DNA of 64,000 nucleotides from an uncultured virus (IMG/VR IMGVR_UViG_3300025327_000001) (lineage: Duplodnaviria > Heunggongvirae > Uroviricota > Caudoviricetes), in the IMG/VR virus record IMGVR_UViG_3300025327_000001; one strand, written 5' to 3'. Position 1 is the first letter of the stretch; every line of letters starts with the position of its first letter. Below the pieces are notes generated by a model, which was not told the origin of the DNA, made no database searches, and was given only the letters and a program-made list of their open reading frames with translations. Shown here piece after piece: positions 58,771 to 64,000 of the stretch. The position numbers and the translations under genes were made by a program.

Positions 58771-59154
58771 TTAATCTCCTTCTTCTATAATTTTATTCAG
58801 ATGTTTACGCATTCTCCGATATGCTTTCAAATGCCATAGTTTGTTTTCGTCTGTATCCCATATTGACCCTTGAGCATCTTCTATCTCCTTATCCAATTGA
58901 GTTATGGTATCCAAAACTAAATCATCTAATTCAGAATGTACTATCTCGGATTCAATAGGTAGGATATATTGCTCTAGAAACAATGCTACATTGATAGGAC
59001 CAGATGTATTAAAGTCATTGGCCTTGGTTTTTAAGTTCTTTCTTAAAATTTTTACCATTGCCTGAAAGGCATCATATGTCATATCTGAAGCATTGTCACT
59101 ATCGCCTGTTTTCGACAAACCCAAGTAGCCCATCGTATCACTTCCTGTCACCAA
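58771..59154 (-). CDS. Hypothetical protein
   Basis: ORF in the operon; start uncertain. Confidence 0.6.
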   Translation of the reverse strand: MVTGSDTMGYLGLSKTGDSDNASDMTYDAFQAMVKILRKNLKTKANDFNTSGPINVALFLEQYILPIESEIVHSELDDLVLDTITQLDKEIEDAQGSIWDTDENKLWHLKAYRRMRKHLNKIIEEGD

Positions 59155-59606
59155 GACCTATGTTTTTCCACTATTCTTTCGTTGCCATCATATTCATCTA
59201 TTTCCCATATTATCTCATCAGGAATTTCCACTACTTCCAATCGAGCATGAGAACCCCATGATTTTTCTTTAAGAGTCTCAACGGCCTCTACAAGCAGAGG
59301 GTCGTCTCTTTGATAACCATAATATCCTTCTTCATGACCATAACCATAGAATTTTGGAAATTCATCTTTTTCTTCTGGATATTCTAATTTTAATTCTACA
59401 TCTATTTCAAGCCATTTTGTTCTTTCTGGGTCACTATTGTCTGGCCATTTACTATTTTTTATTTTAAAGTCCACCAATCGTTTTCTTTCCATGTAGTCTG
59501 CTATCTCTCTTTTCGCTAATTCATGCCCACGTTCTGCCATGTATTTCGCGGCTTTTAGACTAATGGCGAAACCGCCGAAACATCTATTTACTACAATCTT
59601 GGTCAT
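59148..59606 (-). CDS. Conserved-type viral hypothetical protein
   Basis: KIVVNRCFGGF...RDDPLLVEAVE...VVEIPD...EYDG pattern familiar from phages. Confidence 0.7.
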   Translation of the reverse strand: MTKIVVNRCFGGFAISLKAAKYMAERGHELAKREIADYMERKRLVDFKIKNSKWPDNSDPERTKWLEIDVELKLEYPEEKDEFPKFYGYGHEEGYYGYQRDDPLLVEAVETLKEKSWGSHARLEVVEIPDEIIWEIDEYDGNERIVEKHRSW

Positions 59607-59965
59607 TTCTTTACCACCTGATAATGTTGTTCAGACCCATCCTCATAACATATCCAGCATTTATCGAAACCAAGTTCCCAGAATTGAGTTAACATATCCT
59701 CGGTAGGTTTCCAATCTAATTTAGTTTTTTTGAATTCAAAACTACAATCATAGTAATCAAAAGTTATATTCTCGCATGGTATGGATTCTAACATGATACC
59801 ATTTTCATCAAAATCCTTAACACCTGCTATATGTAATAAAGCATCTTCCAACTCTCCTTGGAGAGCCAGTGCTGTTGCTTCTGCATCAAAAAACTTTTCG
59901 GCCATTGATTTGCCAAGGATGAAAGGTGTATCAAGCCGTTCCATTGTTTTCCTAGTAACTCTCAT
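59603..59965 (-). CDS. Hypothetical protein
   Basis: ATGA-coupled ORF. Confidence 0.6.
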   Translation of the reverse strand: MRVTRKTMERLDTPFILGKSMAEKFFDAEATALALQGELEDALLHIAGVKDFDENGIMLESIPCENITFDYYDCSFEFKKTKLDWKPTEDMLTQFWELGFDKCWICYEDGSEQHYQVVKK

Positions 59966-60173
59966 CTATCCGACACTCCCAACATTGACCGTTTTCAAAC
60001 ACATCATCATATGGATTCACAAGACAGAATGGACATAATTTATTCTTTCTTTTTCTCTGCTCTAATTTATCTACAATATTATCCAAATCTACAATATGTT
60101 GATATAAGTGTAATACCAATGTTTCCTTCCTGTCATCATATCCAAGACAATTTTCAACAGGACAGATTTCCAT
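59952..60173 (-). CDS. Zinc-finger protein
   Basis: CPVENC..H..H; CPFC..CWEC. Confidence 0.6.
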   Translation of the reverse strand: MEICPVENCLGYDDRKETLVLHLYQHIVDLDNIVDKLEQRKRKNKLCPFCLVNPYDDVFENGQCWECRIDESY

Positions 60174-60182
60174 GTTATCACC

Positions 60183-60398
60183 CTATTCACATTTGTAGCA
60201 TTCATCCATTTTGGTCGGATGAATGTTAGAATGCCATACTTCCCATGATTCTATTGTCTTTTCTAAATCTTTTATCATATCTACTAAGTCATCATAATCT
60301 TTTGTGTTATTTGCATATTCTTCATATTCATTTATTTGCTCTTCTAATTCTTCTACATTCTTCAATATTTGTTTTATATTATAATCCATCTGGGGCAT
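60183..60398 (-). CDS. Small coiled-coil protein
   Basis: Heptads; H..H..CYKC. Confidence 0.55.
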   Translation of the reverse strand: MPQMDYNIKQILKNVEELEEQINEYEEYANNTKDYDDLVDMIKDLEKTIESWEVWHSNIHPTKMDECYKCE

Positions 60399-60713
60399 CT
60401 ATATCACCTTATTTTTCTTCTGTAGATTTTCCAGTGCCTCATTCGGTGTATTTCCTACAGCAATCCAAGGTACGAATTTTATCATATATCCAAACTCTCC
60501 GGCGGTAATATCATCAGAATGAGTACCCTCAAAGGCAAGTTCATAATGAGTCTTATGATAATGTTCTGTCTCAACTATTGTATTATCATACATATCACTA
60601 TTGGCCACGGCTATCCATTTACCACCAGAGTATACACCAGTATATCTATCTTCGAATATAGATATGGGATACAATGTAGTATCTATATAATAATCATGTG
60701 GGACTGGTGGCAT
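60399..60713 (-). CDS. Hypothetical protein
   Basis: DRYTGVYSGGKW...GNTPNEA; GGAG RBS. Confidence 0.65.
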   Translation of the reverse strand: MPPVPHDYYIDTTLYPISIFEDRYTGVYSGGKWIAVANSDMYDNTIVETEHYHKTHYELAFEGTHSDDITAGEFGYMIKFVPWIAVGNTPNEALENLQKKNKVI

Positions 60714-60724
60714 TAGAAATCTCC

Positions 60725-61093
60725 TTACTTCAATTTCCCATGTTTATATGGACGAGTCTCATTATAACGATGTTTCACTTCTAACACTTCTTCCAAATCC
60801 CATTCCATCTGCCCAAAATAATCAAATATTCTGATTAATGTATCCACCAATTCAACAGACGGGCCTTCTGGTTTGTCTTCCTTTAAATATAGATTACCAC
60901 TATATATTCCATTCTCATTTAAATTAGACATCATATCGGCGTCTCTGAAACATTCAACTGCTTCGCTCACTTCAGAATGTAACAAAGCCATAATATGCAA
61001 GTCATCCCTCGGGTCATCCCACCATCCCTTAGATTTGGCCAAATTGTGAATATTCTCAACCCATTCATTCAGGGTCTTTCTCTTCTTACCCAT
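60725..61093 (-). CDS. MazG-like NTP pyrophosphohydrolase
   Basis: LLHSEVSEAVE...ELVDTLIRIFD...K..YN..RPYKHG. Confidence 0.85.
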   Translation of the reverse strand: MGKKRKTLNEWVENIHNLAKSKGWWDDPRDDLHIMALLHSEVSEAVECFRDADMMSNLNENGIYSGNLYLKEDKPEGPSVELVDTLIRIFDYFGQMEWDLEEVLEVKHRYNETRPYKHGKLK

Positions 61094-61146
61094 TCTATAC
61101 TACACCACCAATAAGACTAGGAATATTAGTATTATAATTATAATTT

Positions 61147-61452
61147 TCAACGACCAGAAATCTTCTTCTGTTCGATTATCCATTGTTCATACTCCCTTTC
61201 TGCTTGTTCATGTGCCATATCCCATTTTTTCTGAGCCCAATGCCCTTGTTTGTATCTACGACTTCCACTGCCACGACCGCGCACAGATTGACCACATCCA
61301 CACAAACATATATTCGGGGTGTCTAGTTTCTTGAGAATCTGTAACTCTGGTTTAGGGGGATATAACGCAGTGCCCTTTAAAGACCCAAAGGACATGAATA
61401 TTTCATTGGCTCTAGAACGAACCCAAGAAGGATATTTAGATTTACTACTCAT
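61147..61452 (-). CDS. CxCGCG-motif protein
   Basis: CLCGCG...YKQGH. Confidence 0.6.
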   Translation of the reverse strand: MSSKSKYPSWVRSRANEIFMSFGSLKGTALYPPKPELQILKKLDTPNICLCGCGQSVRGRGSGSRRYKQGHWAQKKWDMAHEQAEREYEQWIIEQKKISGR

Positions 61453-61481
61453 AATATCATCACCAAATTATCTTCTACTAT

Positions 61482-61664
61482 TTACAAATCCTTGACCCAT
61501 TGGCCATCGAATGTATCTAAAAACATATGACAATCATCGCATTGTGCCATAAATGCCACATCATTCAACCATGTTATATTCTTATGGACGCATCGGGAAG
61601 AATATAATAGACCATTTGACTTCCTTATATCTGTTGTTGGTATTGCCATCATATCGTACTCCAA
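61482..61664 (-). CDS. Small zinc-finger protein
   Basis: CVH...CDDC. Confidence 0.5.
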   Translation of the reverse strand: MEYDMMAIPTTDIRKSNGLLYSSRCVHKNITWLNDVAFMAQCDDCHMFLDTFDGQWVKDL

Positions 61665-61740
61665 TCATAGGGGACATCACCATATCCTGTAGCGTATTAA
61701 GTCTTTGTGCCATTGTTATTATTCGTACATTGTTATAATA

Positions 61741-62142
61741 TTATGACCAGTACCCATTGGTATTCAAAAGCAACGAAGAACCCCAAAATGAATCCTTTAT
61801 CCACCATTTTCCATCCTCTGCGAAACATGACAACCTGAAAATATTCTTATGTAGGGTGTCTATATTCACATTTCCCTGTCTAAGCAAGCAATGGTCATGC
61901 CATCCCATATCATATATTATTTTTTGATTATCATCCACGCCCAAGGCACAAATAAAAGGATATCCAGAATCATGTCTATATCTTGGATTATGGACAATCA
62001 ATAGTACATAATCTATATGTATTATCATGGAAGTAAAATGCTTCTTAAATCCAGAAGGAATATGTTTTTTAGGATGGACAATATTATAAATGATATTCCA
62101 TTCTTTCTTTGTTATTCCGCGTGGTTTTTGAAGTCTGCTCAT
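61741..62142 (-). CDS. Hypothetical protein
   Basis: GGGGG RBS. Confidence 0.6.
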   Translation of the reverse strand: MSRLQKPRGITKKEWNIIYNIVHPKKHIPSGFKKHFTSMIIHIDYVLLIVHNPRYRHDSGYPFICALGVDDNQKIIYDMGWHDHCLLRQGNVNIDTLHKNIFRLSCFAEDGKWWIKDSFWGSSLLLNTNGYWS

Positions 62143-62299
62143 TCACTTCCCCCCTCAGTATGGTAATCTCATTCCTCAATTGTGCTATCTCATCACAACG
62201 CCAATCGTGACTAATTGTAATTTTGGCGTGCTTACATATTGGACAAGTATCCCATACAGGGTCTTCAAATATATCATATATATCATTACTCATCTTCAT
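62084..62299 (-). CDS. Small zinc-binding protein
   Basis: CPIC..H..C. Confidence 0.5.
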   Translation of the reverse strand: MKMSNDIYDIFEDPVWDTCPICKHAKITISHDWRCDEIAQLRNEITILRGEVNEQTSKTTRNNKERMEYHL

Positions 62300-62471
62300 C
62301 CTCCAACGTTTCTAAGAAAAGTTCATAATCGTTGGTATAGACAATAGGTTCTTTGTTAATGATGGCTATTGTCTGTCCCACCATGAATTTATTGAATTTC
62401 TTCTTGTTCGCTGGCGTCAACCCTTTCTCTATATCTGTCCACCGATATCCAATATCATTTACCTTTTCCAT
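62286..62471 (-). CDS. Small hypothetical protein
   Basis: FNKFMVGQT...VYTNDYE. Confidence 0.55.
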   Translation of the reverse strand: MEKVNDIGYRWTDIEKGLTPANKKKFNKFMVGQTIAIINKEPIVYTNDYELFLETLEDEDE

Positions 62472-62685
62472 CTTCTTTCAACCTCCTTGCTATTTCACTA
62501 ATCTCTTCTAAAAGTTCCAATATCCTCTTATCCTTCTCATCGATAAGTTTGCGAAGATTTTCCAATTTCTGTTCTTGGTTTTGTTTTGATTTCATTGGAA
62601 TATATTGTAGTTCTGGTTCCTGTGAAACTAATGTCTTTGATGACTTTCCTGTTCTTCGATGTTTAAACCATTTCATATTAACCAT
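62455..62685 (-). CDS. Small coiled-coil protein
   Basis: Heptads; overlaps the upstream stop. Confidence 0.55.
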   Translation of the reverse strand: MVNMKWFKHRRTGKSSKTLVSQEPELQYIPMKSKQNQEQKLENLRKLIDEKDKRILELLEEISEIARRLKEDGKGK

Positions 62686-64000
62686 CCTTTATATTCATAT
62701 CCTTCGTTCTTTGCAATAACTCAGACAATGGTTCACCTATGACCAAATCCAATCTCTTCTTTTCTTCATCCCATTCTCTGATAAAGATATGCTCCCTAGT
62801 ATCTGCATTAGCCAATCTGATATCTTCGACACGAAATACACGCATCTTAGAACCTAGTTCAAGTCCAAGATCGTTAGCGGCCCATTTATTAAGTGTCTCT
62901 GTGCGGATAACGAAAGAACCATCCATATCATGGACAATCCCAAGACCACCTAATACGGATTCATCGTCCCTTTTGTCATAAGTTGAGGCTTTCTGGTTGA
63001 CACACAAGACGACAGGATACTTCTCCGTATTGTAGAATATCTCCTTAATCCCGAACATCATACGTTGGGCAAACACGAATGCCTGTGCTGGATAGGCTCT
63101 GATGAATTTGGTCAAAGAATCAATGACAATCAATTTGGGTTTGTCATGTTTATCGAGCCATGCTTGTATCGGATTTAATATACTCCTATCTACAAAACTC
63201 TCAATGACATTATATCCTGCTGACCCCGGTTGCAATCTATGACGGTCTATGAATGTCAAATGTGGGGTGTGCAACATCTTCCTATCCACGTTTAAATCCT
63301 GTCTGTGTTTATCGACAATTCTCATGAATTCTTTCTGTATAGATTCGTTGTACATATAAAGTACGTCGTCTTCACGAAGGGCCATGTTAATTGCTTCATA
63401 GATGGCCATTGTGGTATTATGCGTGGCAATCATATCATCAGTCAAATATAATCCATCAGGAGAATCGATAGCAATACATTGTGATTGTTCCCTTCCATCT
63501 TCAATTATAGATGAAATAAATCTCTTGGGTTGTTTTTTGAAACCATTTCCAAATATTTTACTTCTTTTTCCTCTAAAGATTTGAAGTCCTTTTGGCATTT
63601 TAATAGATAAAACATAACATGGTCTACCATATTTCATTTTTCCTTTATATATGAATTTAGGTATTTTTTTAATATTAACCCGGACTATTCCTCCAAAAGA
63701 ATGAACTAAAAACATAACATCATCTTTCAATTTGGGTGATGTCGTATAAAATACTAATCCTTTTTTAGATACATAACCATCAGTATCCATTAAACCTTGG
63801 AATAACTGTAATCTCTCTTGTGGTGATGCAAGCAAATACTTATCTGGAATATATTTTTCATGTGACTTTAGACCAAATAATCTTAAATTAGATAATTGTT
63901 CTTTTAATTCATTTTTCAATCTACCGCCATTCATTGGTCCAGAAATTCGCCAATCATAACGACTAACTTGTTTAAGTTTCAAATTATCATAATCTTTAAT
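62678..64000 (-). CDS. KaiC/RAD55-like RecA-superfamily ATPase containing an intein; 5' end beyond the window
   Basis: Frame open to 64000; extein LIVIDSLT, VNQ, GGLGIVHDMDG. Confidence 0.85.
   Translation of the reverse strand: MKDYDNLKLKQVSRYDWRISGPMNGGRLKNELKEQLSNLRLFGLKSHEKYIPDKYLLASPQERLQLFQGLMDTDGYVSKKGLVFYTTSPKLKDDVMFLVHSFGGIVRVNIKKIPKFIYKGKMKYGRPCYVLSIKMPKGLQIFRGKRSKIFGNGFKKQPKRFISSIIEDGREQSQCIAIDSPDGLYLTDDMIATHNTTMAIYEAINMALREDDVLYMYNESIQKEFMRIVDKHRQDLNVDRKMLHTPHLTFIDRHRLQPGSAGYNVIESFVDRSILNPIQAWLDKHDKPKLIVIDSLTKFIRAYPAQAFVFAQRMMFGIKEIFYNTEKYPVVLCVNQKASTYDKRDDESVLGGLGIVHDMDGSFVIRTETLNKWAANDLGLELGSKMRVFRVEDIRLANADTREHIFIREWDEEKKRLDLVIGEPLSELLQRTKDMNIKDG
63416..64000 (-). mobile_element. 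Intein with LAGLIDADG homing endonuclease (C-terminal part)
   Basis: LFQGLMDTDG; QCIAID..LYLTDDMIATHN followed by Thr(+1). Confidence 0.9.

Noticed and set aside
1..64000. CRISPR array or mini-array (a Cas4-like gene is present)
   Set aside because: No regularly spaced 25-40-bp repeats seen; stand-alone Cas4-like nucleases are common in viruses.
1..64000. Stop-codon reassignment
   Set aside because: Genes are intact and densely packed under the standard code, all three stops are used, and no suppressor tRNA is seen.

Overview
This window is most of the genome of a tailed dsDNA virus (Caudoviricetes, siphovirus-type tail) that very probably infects an archaeon. Support for an archaeal host: TATA-box promoters, GGTGA/GGAGG ribosome-binding sites, PolB, MCM-like and KaiC/RAD55-like ATPases, tRNAs without CCA, and no endolysin seen. 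Layout: (1) 1-~4.4 kb, a GC-rich minus-strand early-type region (GHKL ATPase, zinc-finger proteins) densely packed with short inverted repeats. (2) 5.6-42.6 kb, plus-strand morphogenesis genes: terminase, portal, protease/scaffold, capsid, a ~16-kb fibre/adhesin block, then tail genes. (3) 42.7-64 kb, minus-strand replication, nucleotide-metabolism and accessory genes, with 4 tRNAs and an intein. The strongest candidate for a new system is a major capsid protein that looks like a Family 1 encapsulin, paired with a protease/scaffold ending in LTVGDL, which matches the encapsulin cargo-loading peptide. Other highlights: the hairpin-dense early region, a modular fibre locus with repeated docking-like motifs, a UCC-UUU-CGA +1 frameshift site, and strong GATC and CCWGG avoidance. 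All family assignments come from motif recognition by eye; no searches were run.
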